From the NCBI GenBank assembly GCA_020632795.1, contig JACKEV010000010.1, positions 223,127-287,126 on the forward strand: 64,000 nucleotides of DNA, written 5' to 3'. Made by a program: the position numbers and the translations under genes. The DNA is from Alphaproteobacteria bacterium (lineage in GTDB: Bacteria; Myxococcota_A; UBA796; CAJQPC01). Every line of letters starts with the position of its first letter. Within the stretch, counting starts at the first letter, position 1. Shown here in pieces: positions 50,534 through 60,582 of the stretch. The notes beneath the pieces were generated by a model that saw nothing but the letters and a program-made list of their open reading frames with translations, had not been told where the DNA came from and made no database searches.

Positions 50534-51061
50534 GTGCAGTTCAAGGTCGGAGACAAGGCGGTCTATCCTGCCCACGGGGTGGGGGTCATCCGGGCCATCG
50601 AGACCCGGCAGATTGAAGACCAGAAGAACACCTTCTACATCCTCAAGATCCTCGACAACGGCATGACCATCATGGTCCCCATCCAGAACGCCGACGCGAT
50701 CGGGATGCGCACCGTCATCGAGCAGGCCCACGTCGAGAAGATCTACGAGGTCCTCCGCGATCGCGAGACCCCCACCGACAACCAGACCTGGAACCGCCGC
50801 TACCGCGAGTACATGTCGAACATCAAGACGGGCGACCCCCTGGCGGTGGCCAAGGTCCTGCGCGACCTCGCCCTGATGAAGCTCGAGAAGAACCTCTCCT
50901 TCGGCGAGCGCAAGATGTACGACCAGGCCCGCAACCTGCTGGTCCAGGAGATCGCCGTCGCCAAGGACACCGACGAGGGCACCATCGAGGCGGAGATCGA
51001 GGAGATCTTCTCCCCCACCAAGGGCAAGCCCAAGGCCAAGGTCAAGGCCAAGAAGAAGTAG
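50534..51061 (+). CDS. cdnL: CarD/CdnL-family RNA polymerase-binding transcriptional regulator
   Basis: GTG start (GAGGAG RBS); FKVGDKAVYPAHGVGVIRAIE... CarD N-terminal domain; Lys-rich tail. Confidence 0.85.
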   Translation: MQFKVGDKAVYPAHGVGVIRAIETRQIEDQKNTFYILKILDNGMTIMVPIQNADAIGMRTVIEQAHVEKIYEVLRDRETPTDNQTWNRRYREYMSNIKTGDPLAVAKVLRDLALMKLEKNLSFGERKMYDQARNLLVQEIAVAKDTDEGTIEAEIEEIFSPTKGKPKAKVKAKKK

Positions 51062-51099
51062 GGTCCGAACCCATCCGCCACGCCCGCCGGGCGTCTCGC

Positions 51100-51125
51100 G
51101 AGGCCGCCGCCCTGCCGGCGGCCTC
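51100..51125 (+). terminator. Candidate intrinsic terminator after cdnL
   Basis: gaggccgccg-ccctgc-cggcggcctc, a 10-bp stem followed by gctgctttcgggg. Confidence 0.4.
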
Positions 51126-51269
51126 GCTGCTTTCGGGGGGTGACGACGGGGGGAGGGGGGTGTCGAAATTCAGTCACCCCGAAACCATCAATTCATTGAT
51201 TTCAATCGTTTAAGATGATGGCACGGAAGTTGCTTCTGTTGTCGGTGAACGCCAACAACGGAGCCTCTC

Positions 51270-52319
51270 ATGCTGACCCTCCTCCTCTCCCTCTTCGCTT
51301 GCGCCCCCGCCCCCACCGCCGCCGGGGACTGCCCCGCCGGCCCCGGTCAGGTCTGGGACCTCGACCGCGAGGTGATGCGCGACAGCCTGGACAGCGCGCT
51401 GAACGTGCCCGGCGAGACCGTGCACCTGTGCCTGGGCGACGGCAAGTTCCCGGTTGACGGCCCGCTGCTGGCCCTCGACAGCGACCAGGTCGACCCCCCC
51501 GACATCCACATCACCGGCCAGGGCGCCTACCGCACCCTGCTCGTCCCCGGGCGGGTCGACGGCCTGCGCGCGGTGGTCCACGGCGAGCTGCGCCTGGAGG
51601 GTGTCTCCATCACCGGCCCGGTCGACCTCATCGGCGGCCAGGTGGACCTGCGGGACGTGGCGATCCACGGGGTCCAGGACCCCGACCTCGTCGGACTGGT
51701 GGACATCTCCGGCGGCGACGTCACCGTGGACGGCCTCACCCTCACCGACAACCTCATCGCCGCCGACCTCCTGCGCATCTGGGGCCGCTCCGACAGCGCC
51801 GTCATCGACGTCTACGACCTCGCGGTCTACGACAACCGCGCCCTGTGGGACTTCGAGATCATCCTCGGCCAGGGCCGGGTGAACCTGGAGCACGCCTGGC
51901 TCTCCAACAACCACGTCCAGCGGGTGGACAGCCCCCACCACTTCGTCACCCTGGCGGGCCCGACCGTCGCCTATGACGTCCATATCCAGGGCAACAACAC
52001 CAACGGCCCCGCCCTGTCCGCCTTCGCGCGGCTGGACGCCGAGAGCCTCCTCGTCTCCGAGAACGAGGGCTCCTGGGCCACCTCGGTGTACCTCGGCGCC
52101 CCCGCCACCCTCACCAAGACCCTGATCACCGGCAACCGCGCCCCCAACGGCGCGGTGGGGCTCTACCCCAGCCAGAGCGACCGGGGCTCGGTGTGGCTCC
52201 AGGCGGTCGACCTCGGCGCCGAAGAGCAGGGCTGCGACATCTCAGCCCAGGGGGTCTGCCTGCGGGACGACCTGACCCTGGTGGGCGACCTGGTGTGCGA
52301 GGCCGGCGGCTGCCGATAG
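51270..52319 (+). CDS. Lipoprotein, right-handed beta-helix-like repeats
   Basis: LSLFACAP lipobox; repetitive G-x-V-D-L/I-x-G segments. Confidence 0.55.
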   Translation: MLTLLLSLFACAPAPTAAGDCPAGPGQVWDLDREVMRDSLDSALNVPGETVHLCLGDGKFPVDGPLLALDSDQVDPPDIHITGQGAYRTLLVPGRVDGLRAVVHGELRLEGVSITGPVDLIGGQVDLRDVAIHGVQDPDLVGLVDISGGDVTVDGLTLTDNLIAADLLRIWGRSDSAVIDVYDLAVYDNRALWDFEIILGQGRVNLEHAWLSNNHVQRVDSPHHFVTLAGPTVAYDVHIQGNNTNGPALSAFARLDAESLLVSENEGSWATSVYLGAPATLTKTLITGNRAPNGAVGLYPSQSDRGSVWLQAVDLGAEEQGCDISAQGVCLRDDLTLVGDLVCEAGGCR

Positions 52320-52344
52320 GGCGCCGCCGGCCAGCGGGCCGAGG

Positions 52345-53415
52345 CTACTGCACGTTGACCAGGTTGCAGGACACCTCGGTCTGCTCCTTCTTGCCCTCGC
52401 AGGTCTGGTAGCGGACCATCGTCACGACCTCGGGGCCGGCCGCGTCGAACTTGTGGGCGTTGTGCCAGCGGACCTCCTTCTTGCCGTTGGCGTCCACGAG
52501 CTCGGCCTGGACGTCCTTCTGGAGGGGCTTGCCGTTGGCCCAGAGGTCATAGGAGTAGGTGCAGCCCTCCTTGGCCTCGCGGCCGTCCTGGCCCAGGTAG
52601 TGGTAGTGGACCTCCTCGTTGACCGCGAAGCTGCAGCCCATGTTGGGGTAGCAGGCCTGGATGTCCTCCTCCTTCTCCGGGAAGTCGCCGGTCTTGCGGG
52701 CGTAGAGGTCACCCGAGTCGGTGCAGTGCTCCCATAGCAGCTCGCCCTTGTCGTTCTTCACAAAAGCGTTGGTGCCGACCGGGTTGGAGTCCTCCAGCCG
52801 CTTGCCGTTGTAGATGGTCATGTACATGTCGGTGATCGTCAGGTTGCACTTGCGCGCGTTGATCTTCGCGTAGAGCAGCCCCTGGAGCTTGTTGCCCAGG
52901 TTGTTGTTGTTGAACATGAACTGCTGCCACTCGGGGCCCTCGCGGTACTTGGCGACGACCTCGTTGGCCTCCTTCATGCCGGCGGCGAGCTCCTCGTCGG
53001 TGGCCTTGGGTGCCCACTCCTTGAGCTTCTCGGCGGTGCACTCCGCGCCGTCCGCCACGATCAGGGCCTGACACCAGTCCTTGAGCTTGGGGGGCTCGCG
53101 GCAGTCCAGCTCATCGCCCTTCACGTCGCACTCGTAGGTGTACATGTCCGACAGAGACCCGACGTTGTACTTCGCCATGATCTTGTCCCCGTCCTTGTAG
53201 AACTTCAGGCGGGTGCTCATGTCCGGCTCGACGGACTTGTCGGGGTTGATCTTCTCGATGATCCACTCGGTCCCCGGCAGGGTCTCCAGGGTCAGGTCGC
53301 ACTGAACGGCCTGCTGACCGAGCACGAGCTTGTTGGAGGACTTCTCTTCGCAGGCCACGAGGCCGAGCGTGATCCCCAGGGCCAGCGTCATCTGGGCCAC
53401 ATTCATCCGGAGCAT
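52345..53415 (-). CDS. Hypothetical Lys/Cys-rich lipoprotein (lower GC than surroundings)
   Basis: LGLVAC lipobox; K/E/N-rich with many Cys; more A/T-ending codons than neighbours. Confidence 0.6.
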   Translation of the reverse strand: MLRMNVAQMTLALGITLGLVACEEKSSNKLVLGQQAVQCDLTLETLPGTEWIIEKINPDKSVEPDMSTRLKFYKDGDKIMAKYNVGSLSDMYTYECDVKGDELDCREPPKLKDWCQALIVADGAECTAEKLKEWAPKATDEELAAGMKEANEVVAKYREGPEWQQFMFNNNNLGNKLQGLLYAKINARKCNLTITDMYMTIYNGKRLEDSNPVGTNAFVKNDKGELLWEHCTDSGDLYARKTGDFPEKEEDIQACYPNMGCSFAVNEEVHYHYLGQDGREAKEGCTYSYDLWANGKPLQKDVQAELVDANGKKEVRWHNAHKFDAAGPEVVTMVRYQTCEGKKEQTEVSCNLVNVQ

Positions 53416-53594
53416 CGGTCACCTCAGCAAGGGTTGGGGGCGGGTGGGCCCGTCACGCAGCGTTCAGGGCCAGAGAGGGCTGCCGGCGAGGTTATCGCAC
53501 CCTCCCTTGACACAGCAAGAAGAAGCCCCGATCCAAGCATGAAGATGACATCGCGGGTTACCAGGGAACGCCACCCTGTGCGGAGCCCCCACCC

Positions 53595-54344
53595 ATGCGA
53601 GCAGACGGACGCGCCCCCGACGCCCTGCGCCCCCTCACCTTTGAAACCGGCCTCAACGTCCACGCCGAGGGCTCCTGCCTCGTGCGGATGGGACGCACCC
53701 ACGTCTGGGTCACCGCCACGGTCGAGGAGTCCGTGCCCCGCTGGCGCAGGGACTCCGGCCAGGGCTGGGTCACCGCCGAGTACCGCATGCTCCCCCGCTC
53801 CACCACCACGCGCAACCGTCGGGACGGCATGCCCCCCGGCGGGCGGGTCGCCGAGATCCAGCGCCTGGTGGGCCGCTCGCTGCGCGCGGCGGTCGACTAC
53901 GCCGCCCTGGGCGAGCGGCAGGTGCTCATCGACTGCGACGTGCTCCAGGCCGACGGCGGCACCCGCACCGCGTCCATCAACGGCGGCTTCGTGGCCCTCG
54001 CCCTGGCCCTCCAGGGGCTGGTGGACGCCGGCAAGCTCGACCGGCTGCCCCTGGTTCACGGGGTCGCGGCCGTCTCGGTGGCCCTCCAGCCCGGCGGGCC
54101 GGTGCTCGACCCGGACTACTCCGAGGACGCCGGCGCCGAGGTGGACCTCAACCTCGTCATGACCGGCGGCGGCCAGGTGGTCGAGGTCCAGGGCTGCGCC
54201 GAGGGCAGCCCCATCGCCCAGGCCACCCTCACCGACATGGTCGCCCTGGGGGCCTTGGGCATCGCGCAGGTCGCGCGGGCACAGGCCGCCGCGCTGCCGG
54301 GCCTGGCGCTGCACTTCCCGATGGGCGGCGGCCATGCCGGTTGA
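53595..54344 (+). CDS. rph: Ribonuclease PH
   Basis: MRADGRAPDALRPLTFETGLNVHAEGSCLV... full-length RNase PH. Confidence 0.9.
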   Translation: MRADGRAPDALRPLTFETGLNVHAEGSCLVRMGRTHVWVTATVEESVPRWRRDSGQGWVTAEYRMLPRSTTTRNRRDGMPPGGRVAEIQRLVGRSLRAAVDYAALGERQVLIDCDVLQADGGTRTASINGGFVALALALQGLVDAGKLDRLPLVHGVAAVSVALQPGGPVLDPDYSEDAGAEVDLNLVMTGGGQVVEVQGCAEGSPIAQATLTDMVALGALGIAQVARAQAAALPGLALHFPMGGGHAG

Positions 54345-54921
54345 GCTGGTCCTGGCGTCCAACAACGCCCACAAGCTCGACGAGTTCGGCCGCATCCTCC
54401 AGCCTCTGGGGGTGCGCCTCCGCCCGCTGGCGGACTTCCCCGAGCTGGGGGACATCCCCGAGACCCAGCCCACCTTCGAGGGCAACGCGCTCCAGAAGGC
54501 CCGCTATGTGTTCGATCGCACCGGCCTGCCCTGCCTCGCCGACGACTCCGGGCTGGAGGTCGACGCCCTGGGCGGCGCGCCGGGGGTGCGCTCCAAGCGC
54601 TACACCCCCGAGGCCACCGCCGCGTCCAACAACCGTCGCCTGCTGCGCGAGCTGCGCGGCGTCGACCAGCGCGCCGCCCGCTTCGTGTGCGCGCTCGGGG
54701 TCGTGACGCCCAAGGGAGAAGCCTCACTCCGGGGCACCGTGGAGGGCGCCATCGGCGACGCGCCCCGCGGGCACCACGGCTTCGGCTACGATCCGATCTT
54801 CCTGCCGGACGACGCGCCGGGCCGCACGATGGCCGAGCTCTCCCCCGCGGAGAAGGACGCCATCAGCCACCGCGGCCGGGCGGGGCGTCGGCTCCCGGAG
54901 CTGCTGGAGCGGCTCTTATAA
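54334..54921 (+). CDS. rdgB: Non-canonical purine NTP pyrophosphatase (dITP/XTP)
   Basis: LVLASNNAHKLDEF...; classic rph-rdgB arrangement with overlapping stop and start. Confidence 0.85.
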   Translation: MPVELVLASNNAHKLDEFGRILQPLGVRLRPLADFPELGDIPETQPTFEGNALQKARYVFDRTGLPCLADDSGLEVDALGGAPGVRSKRYTPEATAASNNRRLLRELRGVDQRAARFVCALGVVTPKGEASLRGTVEGAIGDAPRGHHGFGYDPIFLPDDAPGRTMAELSPAEKDAISHRGRAGRRLPELLERLL

Positions 54922-54954
54922 ACGAACAGCGTTCGCTTTTGAGGACAGGCGCCC

Positions 54955-56372
54955 ATGATCCCGGCCACCCACCTCGATCTCTACCAGCTCACCTCCCTGG
55001 TGCCGCACTGGGACGCGGGCCGGGCGGACGCCCCGGTGGCGATGTCGTTCTTCTCCCGGCGCCTGCCCCGCCGGGCCCATGACAACGCGCCGGTGCGGGG
55101 CTTCCTGCTGTGGGTGGGCCTGCGCCGCTGCCTGGAGTGGCTCTCCGAGGCGCGCTTCGACGACGCCCACGTCGAGACCCTCTGCGCCCACCCCACCCTG
55201 GGCCCCGCGCTGAGGGCCCGGCCCGCCCTGGTCGACGCCCTGCGGCGCTGGCGCTTCACCGGGCGCATCACCGCGCCCCCCGAGGGCACTCCGCTGTGGG
55301 CGGGCCCGGCGGTCAGCGCGGCCACCGGCGCCCCCGTGGCGTTCGACGGCGTGCGGCCGTCGGCCCAGACGCCCTACCTGGTCGTCGAGACGGACCTGCT
55401 GTCGGCCAAGCTCATCGAGACGCCCCTGCTCAGCATCATCAACCACATGACGATGGTGGCCTCGAAGGCCAGCCAGGTGGTGCAGGCGGCGGGGGGCCGG
55501 GCGGTGCTCGAGTTCGGCACGCGGCGGACGCACCCGGACGCGGCGGTGGACGCGGCCTACGCGGCCTGGATCGCCGGCTGCGCGGGGACGTCGAACGTGG
55601 AGGCCCACCACCGGTACGGCGTGCCGGTGCTGGGCACGATGGACCACTTCGCGGTGCAGGCGTGGGAGCGGCCGGGCGTGCCGCGCTCCGAGACGGAGCG
55701 GGCGTTCTTCCGCGCCTTCTACGAGGCGTTTCCCGAGAACGCGCTGCTGCTGGTGGACACCTACGACACGTTCGGCGCGACGACGGGCATCCGCAGCGCG
55801 GTGGCCGCCACCGAGGGGCGGCTGCGGGGCATCCGCCTCGACTCGGGCGTGACGGTCGAGAACGTCCAGAAGGCCCGGGCGCTGCTGGACGCGCTCGGCG
55901 CGCCCCAGGCCGTCGTCACGGTGTCGGGTGGCATGGACGAGCACAGCATCCTCGCGCTCGACGGCGCCCCGGTGGACGCCTTCGGGGTGGGGGAGCGCAT
56001 CGTGACGTCCCCGGACGCCCCGGTGGGCGTCGGCGCGGTGGGCAAGCTCTGCGAGGTCGGCGGCCGGGCGACGATGAAGCTCGCCCGTGGCTCGGGCAAG
56101 GCCACGCTGCCTGGGCGGGTGCAGGTCTTCCGGGGCGACGACGGCGTGGACGTGGTGGGCTGCGCCGACGAGGCGCTGCCCGGGCGACCGCTGCTGGCCG
56201 AGGTCTGGCAGGGCGAGGCCGCGCTGCCCCAGCCCACGCCCGCCGAGAGCCGCGCCTACGCCCAGCGCATGCTGGCCGCCCTGAGCCCGGAGGCCCTCGC
56301 CCCCGCCAGGCCACCGTCCCCATCAGCGCCGGGCTGGAGGCCCTGGTCCGCGACATCGTCCACAGGAGCTGA
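54955..56372 (+). CDS. pncB: Nicotinate phosphoribosyltransferase; apparent frameshift in a C-run ~56295-56312 near the 3' end
   Basis: NAPRTase similarity across ~450 aa in the track frame. The last ~25 codons (QATVPISAGLEALVRDIVHRS, stop at 56370-56372) have coding-like GC3 only in the frame of track ORF 55110-56372. Confidence 0.7.
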
Positions 56373-56376
56373 GCCC

Positions 56377-57087
56377 ATGACGACCTCCCTCGAAGCCCTC
56401 CTCCCCGTCCAGCGCGCCGCCGTCCCCTGGGGCCCGGTCGGCCTCGTCGTCGTGGACGCCGGCGTGGGCTTCACCCGCACCGGCAACCTGGCCGACCCGA
56501 CGCACATGGTCCCCATGGTGCACCGCATCGGCGCCCACTGGCGGGCCCTGCACGCCGCCCTCGGCCCGCGCCTGCACACCCTGTGCTTCCTCGACACGCA
56601 CGAGGCCGACATCCCCGAGCCGCCCTACCCGCCCCACGGCATCAAGGGCACGGGCGAAGAAGAGATGGACCCCGAGCTGGCCTGGCTGCTGGACGAGCCC
56701 CGCGTCACCGTCATCCGCAAGGACTGCATCAACGGCTTCGTGGGCGCCATCGACCGCGAGACGGGCGCCAACGCCTTCTGCGCGTGGGTCGTCGCCCACG
56801 GCATCCGCACCCTGCTCGTCACGGGCGACTGCACCGACATCTGCGTCAGCGACTTCGTCGTGGCCACCCTCTCCGCCCGCAACCACGGCCTGCTGACGGC
56901 GGCCGACCCCGAGGACGACCGCGCGGCGTACGTCGACGCCATCACCGGGCTGCGGGTCGTGGTCCTGGCCGACGCGTGCGAGACCTTCCACGCCCCCGGC
57001 TTCCACGAGCGGCCCGCCGCCCACCACGTCGGGCTCTGGCTGATGGCGTCCCGGGGCGCGCTGATCGCGGACACCCTGGAGGGCTGA
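56377..57087 (+). CDS. pncA: Nicotinamidase/pyrazinamidase (isochorismatase family)
   Basis: MTTSLEALLP...VVVDAGVGF...KDCINGF...LLVTGDCTDICV (catalytic Cys). AGGAG 8 nt upstream. The track fuses it to pncB because of the upstream frameshift. Confidence 0.8.
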   Translation: MTTSLEALLPVQRAAVPWGPVGLVVVDAGVGFTRTGNLADPTHMVPMVHRIGAHWRALHAALGPRLHTLCFLDTHEADIPEPPYPPHGIKGTGEEEMDPELAWLLDEPRVTVIRKDCINGFVGAIDRETGANAFCAWVVAHGIRTLLVTGDCTDICVSDFVVATLSARNHGLLTAADPEDDRAAYVDAITGLRVVVLADACETFHAPGFHERPAAHHVGLWLMASRGALIADTLEG

Positions 57088-57091
57088 GCGG

Positions 57092-57448
57092 CTACCCCCC
57101 CGCCTCGTCCTTGAACACCCAGCCCGTCGCCCACAAGAGCCAGATCCAGAAGGCCTTGTGGAAGCGGTAGGGCAGGAGCGCGCCCAGGACCGCGACGCCG
57201 GCGACGAGCCACTCGTCGTGGTCCTGGATGCCGCGGGTGGTGTGCAGCCACCACAGCATGACGCCCGCGGCGAGCCCGCCGGTGGTGTAGCCGAACACCG
57301 TAGGCATGGTCCAGCTCCCCGCCCAGCGCTCGAACCGCACCCCGCAGCGGGGGCAGGTCTCGCGCAGCCGGAATACCCCGTGATAGATACTGGGTCCGAG
57401 GCAGCTCGGACAGCGACCTGTCAGCGTCGTCAACAACATCCGGCGCAT
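57092..57448 (-). CDS. DUF983-like small membrane protein with double CxxC zinc ribbon
   Basis: MRRMLLTTLTGRCPSCLGPS...CPRCGVRFER plus two hydrophobic helices. Internal ATG of track ORF 57092-57880. Confidence 0.6.
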   Translation of the reverse strand: MRRMLLTTLTGRCPSCLGPSIYHGVFRLRETCPRCGVRFERWAGSWTMPTVFGYTTGGLAAGVMLWWLHTTRGIQDHDEWLVAGVAVLGALLPYRFHKAFWIWLLWATGWVFKDEAGG

Positions 57449-58430
57449 GGACAGGACGTATCCTTCAGCCTCCCCCCTTGCGAGGTGTCCCCTGCCCGCT
57501 GCCCGCTCCGTCCTGCGCCGCGTCATCCCCCGGGGGGCGTCTCTCGTCACGAGCCTGCTGGCCGTGGCCACGCTGCTGCTCGGCTTCCTGATCGCCGTGG
57601 CGATGGCGAGCGACGACGCGATGGCCGACAGCACCGGGGGCGGCTTCTGGATGCAGCTCGCCGCCGCCGCCGGGATGTGCGCGTTCATGCCGGCCGCCGG
57701 GATGCTGTTCTTCGCCGGCCTGGTGGAGTCCCGCCCCCTGGCCCGCGGGTCCATCTGGACCCTTTGCGCGCTGACCGTTGCGACGGGTGGTGTGCTGTTC
57801 GGCTTCGCGATGGAGCCCGAGAGCGGCCTGGGCACTGCGATCTTCGGCGGCGTGGTCTGCGGGCTCGGCCCCATGTCCATGATCGGAGCCCTCGCGGTGT
57901 ACTACGGGCTCCGGGGCTGGCGGGAGCTGAGCAGCGGCCAGGACCGCGAGGCGCAGACCGCCGCCACCGCCGCTCTTCGGGAGCGCGGGGCCTGGACCGT
58001 CGACGCGCTGAGCGACCAGCTCGGCCTGTCGCGGGAGGGCACGGTGCAGCTGATCCGGAGCATGGTGCGCGCGGGCACGCTCCAGGCCGAGATCGACGAA
58101 GGCGCCGGCTTCATCGCCACCGCCTCCCACATGGCCCGCGCCGCCCGCCAGCTCCCGGGGGTCGTCAGCGCGCGCGGCCGCATCAGCGTGGACGAGCTGG
58201 CCGCCGAGCTGGAGGTCCCCCCCGCCAAGGTCAAGGGCCTGATCTACGAGGCCATCGGCGCCCGCACCCTGCACGGCTACGTCAACTGGAAGCAGGGCGT
58301 GCTCTACTCCCAGGACGCGCAGAAGATCTCCGGCAGCCAGATCAACTGCCCGAGCTGCGCGGGTCAGGTCGAGCTGGTGGGTCGGGGCGTGACCCAGTGC
58401 CCGTACTGCTCGGTGGAGATCTTCCTGTGA
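57447..58430 (+). CDS. Hypothetical membrane protein with C-terminal zinc-ribbon (CPSC...CPYC)
   Basis: Four hydrophobic segments at the N-terminus; C-terminal CPSCAGQVELVGRGVTQCPYC. Start uncertain. Confidence 0.5.
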   Translation: MDRTYPSASPLARCPLPAARSVLRRVIPRGASLVTSLLAVATLLLGFLIAVAMASDDAMADSTGGGFWMQLAAAAGMCAFMPAAGMLFFAGLVESRPLARGSIWTLCALTVATGGVLFGFAMEPESGLGTAIFGGVVCGLGPMSMIGALAVYYGLRGWRELSSGQDREAQTAATAALRERGAWTVDALSDQLGLSREGTVQLIRSMVRAGTLQAEIDEGAGFIATASHMARAARQLPGVVSARGRISVDELAAELEVPPAKVKGLIYEAIGARTLHGYVNWKQGVLYSQDAQKISGSQINCPSCAGQVELVGRGVTQCPYCSVEIFL

Positions 58431-58431
58431 G

Positions 58432-59409
58432 CTACAACTCGCGGTAGGGCTCGAGCTGCATCCAGGTCCGGGGGTGCCAGCGGTGCATGCTGGTGGTCCG
58501 GCCCAGCTTGGCGACCAGGTCGATGATCCGGTTGGAGCCGAACTCCCAGGCCAGGTACTCCATGTAGATCTCGAAGGGGATCGGCTTGCACCAGGTCCAG
58601 TCGGCCCCGTAGTCGCTGCCGTACACGATGTTGAAGGTCTGCTCCTCGGGGTCCGCCCACAGCCCGGCCTGGTAGTAGCCGTGGAAGGCGTCGAAGATGA
58701 AGAGGTTCCGGAAGAACTCCTTCGCCTTGAGCTTGCGCGTGCCGACCTTGACGGTGTCCTTGGGGCCGTAGGCGTCGCTGCTGAACATGCGCCCGTCCCA
58801 CTGCTCGAAGAACACCGTCTCGGCCGGCGGGATGCAGATGAGGCCCATGGTGAAGCGGGACTTGTTGTGCTTCTGGAGGTCGGCGAGGCGGCGCCACAGC
58901 TCGCCGTCCTGGTGGCAGGCCTCGTTCCAGGGCAGCGGCGCGTCGACGGTGTCCTGCAGCTTGGGGATGGTCCACAGCCAGGAGATGCCGTCGAGCTGGC
59001 GGTAGAGGTTGCGGGCGGCCTCGGGCAGCGGGAAGCCGATGCGCTCCTCGATGCGGGCGATCAGCGCGTCGGAGGCCGGATCGCCGATGTGGAGGACCGC
59101 GTTCTTGTAGTAGTTGGGGCGGTCCGCGATGCGGAACGCCAGGCGCTCGCGGTAGCCCTCCAGGGGTGCGCCCAGGGCGGCGCGCACGTCCTCCGGGAGG
59201 AGGATGGGCACGCCCAGCTCCCGGGCCTTGTCGGGCTTCTTGCCGGTGGCCTCGGCGCTGAGCATGGCGAAGGTGTCCTTGCTGGCGGTGTTCGTCACCT
59301 GCCAGGCGCCGCGGGCGCGCAGCAGGATCTCCAGCTCCGCCTTGGAGAAGTCGGGAAACCGGCCGCTCACGGCGACGCGCTTCTGGTGGACGTTTCGAAG
59401 GTCGGTCAT
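58432..59409 (-). CDS. BRCT-domain protein with C-terminal domain of unknown function
   Basis: ATG at 59409 (GGAG RBS). The N-terminal ~90 aa resemble a BRCT domain (FSKAELEILLRARGAWQVTNTASKDTFAMLSAEATGKKPDKARELGVPIL). Confidence 0.6.
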   Translation of the reverse strand: MTDLRNVHQKRVAVSGRFPDFSKAELEILLRARGAWQVTNTASKDTFAMLSAEATGKKPDKARELGVPILLPEDVRAALGAPLEGYRERLAFRIADRPNYYKNAVLHIGDPASDALIARIEERIGFPLPEAARNLYRQLDGISWLWTIPKLQDTVDAPLPWNEACHQDGELWRRLADLQKHNKSRFTMGLICIPPAETVFFEQWDGRMFSSDAYGPKDTVKVGTRKLKAKEFFRNLFIFDAFHGYYQAGLWADPEEQTFNIVYGSDYGADWTWCKPIPFEIYMEYLAWEFGSNRIIDLVAKLGRTTSMHRWHPRTWMQLEPYREL

Positions 59410-59467
59410 GGAGGTCTCCGTTTCAGGGAGACGCCTATAGCGCGTTCGGATGGGATAGAGACGTGGA

Positions 59468-60415
59468 ATGACCGCCGCCCTCCTCCTCGCCCTCCCCGCC
59501 CTCGCCGCGCCCGTCGTCAACGGGCAGCTCGAGCCCGGCTTCCCGTCCACCGTCAGCCTGGGGGTGCCCTGGGGCGCCAGCGTGCTGCACGTCTGCACGG
59601 GCAACCTCATCACCCCGGAGATCGTGCTGTCCGCCGCGCACTGCGGCGACGACGTCAACGCCGAGGCCATCGTGGCCTTCGGCCGGGCCTGGGTGGGCGA
59701 GACCGCGCGGGACGCGGACGACGAGCTGACCTTCCGCGACGCGTTCATCCACCCGGACTTCGCGCTGGGCACCCCGCCCTTCGAGCCGTTCACCGAGAAC
59801 GACGTCGCGGTCCTGGTGCTCGCCGAGCCCGCGCCGATGGAGGCCACCCCCATCCGCCTGACGCCGGTCACCGACGCCGAGCTGGGCACGACCATGCTGG
59901 CGGTCGGCTACGGCGCGACCGGCGGCGACGGGCAGGGCACCGGCGTGAAGCGCTCCGCCGAGCTGATCCTGGGCGAGCTGGAATACCAGCACCTCAAGGC
60001 GTATGCGTCCGACCATCCCGACGGCGGCATGACCTGCCAGGGGGACTCCGGCGGGCCGGTGTTCGTGTCCGAGGGCGAGCGCCAAGTGGAGTGGGGCATC
60101 ACCTCCTTCGGGCTGGAGGGCTGCACCAACTTCTCGGCCAGCACCCGCACCGACCTCCTGGGGGACTGGATCCTGGACCGGGTCGAGGAGGTCCACGGCA
60201 CCCGGGACCTCTGCGACGTCAACGCCTGGTACGGCGACGGCCTGTGCGACGCATTCTGCGATGAGGTCGATCCCGACTGCCTCCCGGAAGGCGGGGACTC
60301 GGGGATCGAGGGCTCGCCCAAGGGCCGCTGCGCGTCGGCGGAGGGCGGCGGCTGGGCCCTGCTCGCGGCGCTGGGGCTGCTGGGGCGGCGGCGGACGCGC
60401 AGCGCGGCGGGCTGA
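59468..60415 (+). CDS. Secreted trypsin-like (S1 family) serine protease
   Basis: Signal peptide; LSAAHC (His) and CQGDSGGP (Ser) motifs; Cys-rich C-terminal tail. Confidence 0.8.
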   Translation: MTAALLLALPALAAPVVNGQLEPGFPSTVSLGVPWGASVLHVCTGNLITPEIVLSAAHCGDDVNAEAIVAFGRAWVGETARDADDELTFRDAFIHPDFALGTPPFEPFTENDVAVLVLAEPAPMEATPIRLTPVTDAELGTTMLAVGYGATGGDGQGTGVKRSAELILGELEYQHLKAYASDHPDGGMTCQGDSGGPVFVSEGERQVEWGITSFGLEGCTNFSASTRTDLLGDWILDRVEEVHGTRDLCDVNAWYGDGLCDAFCDEVDPDCLPEGGDSGIEGSPKGRCASAEGGGWALLAALGLLGRRRTRSAAG

Positions 60416-60582
60416 CCGCCGGTTGTCACGACGCTGACCGGTCACAGACCGATCGTTGATCGGCCTGGATCGGAGCGATCCGGCGTGAAGACGCCCCGGC
60501 GCGGGTCGTCCCCCTGGCACGTCGGTTGCATTCACCTGGAGCGCGCGCCCACAGAGGGCTGCGCACGACTGGAGAAGATGAG

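Noticed and set aside
54955-57087. Single 710-aa PncB-PncA fusion ORF as given in the track
   Set aside because: Codon-bias evidence points to a frameshift near 56300, so pncB ends at 56372 and pncA starts at 56377 with its own RBS.
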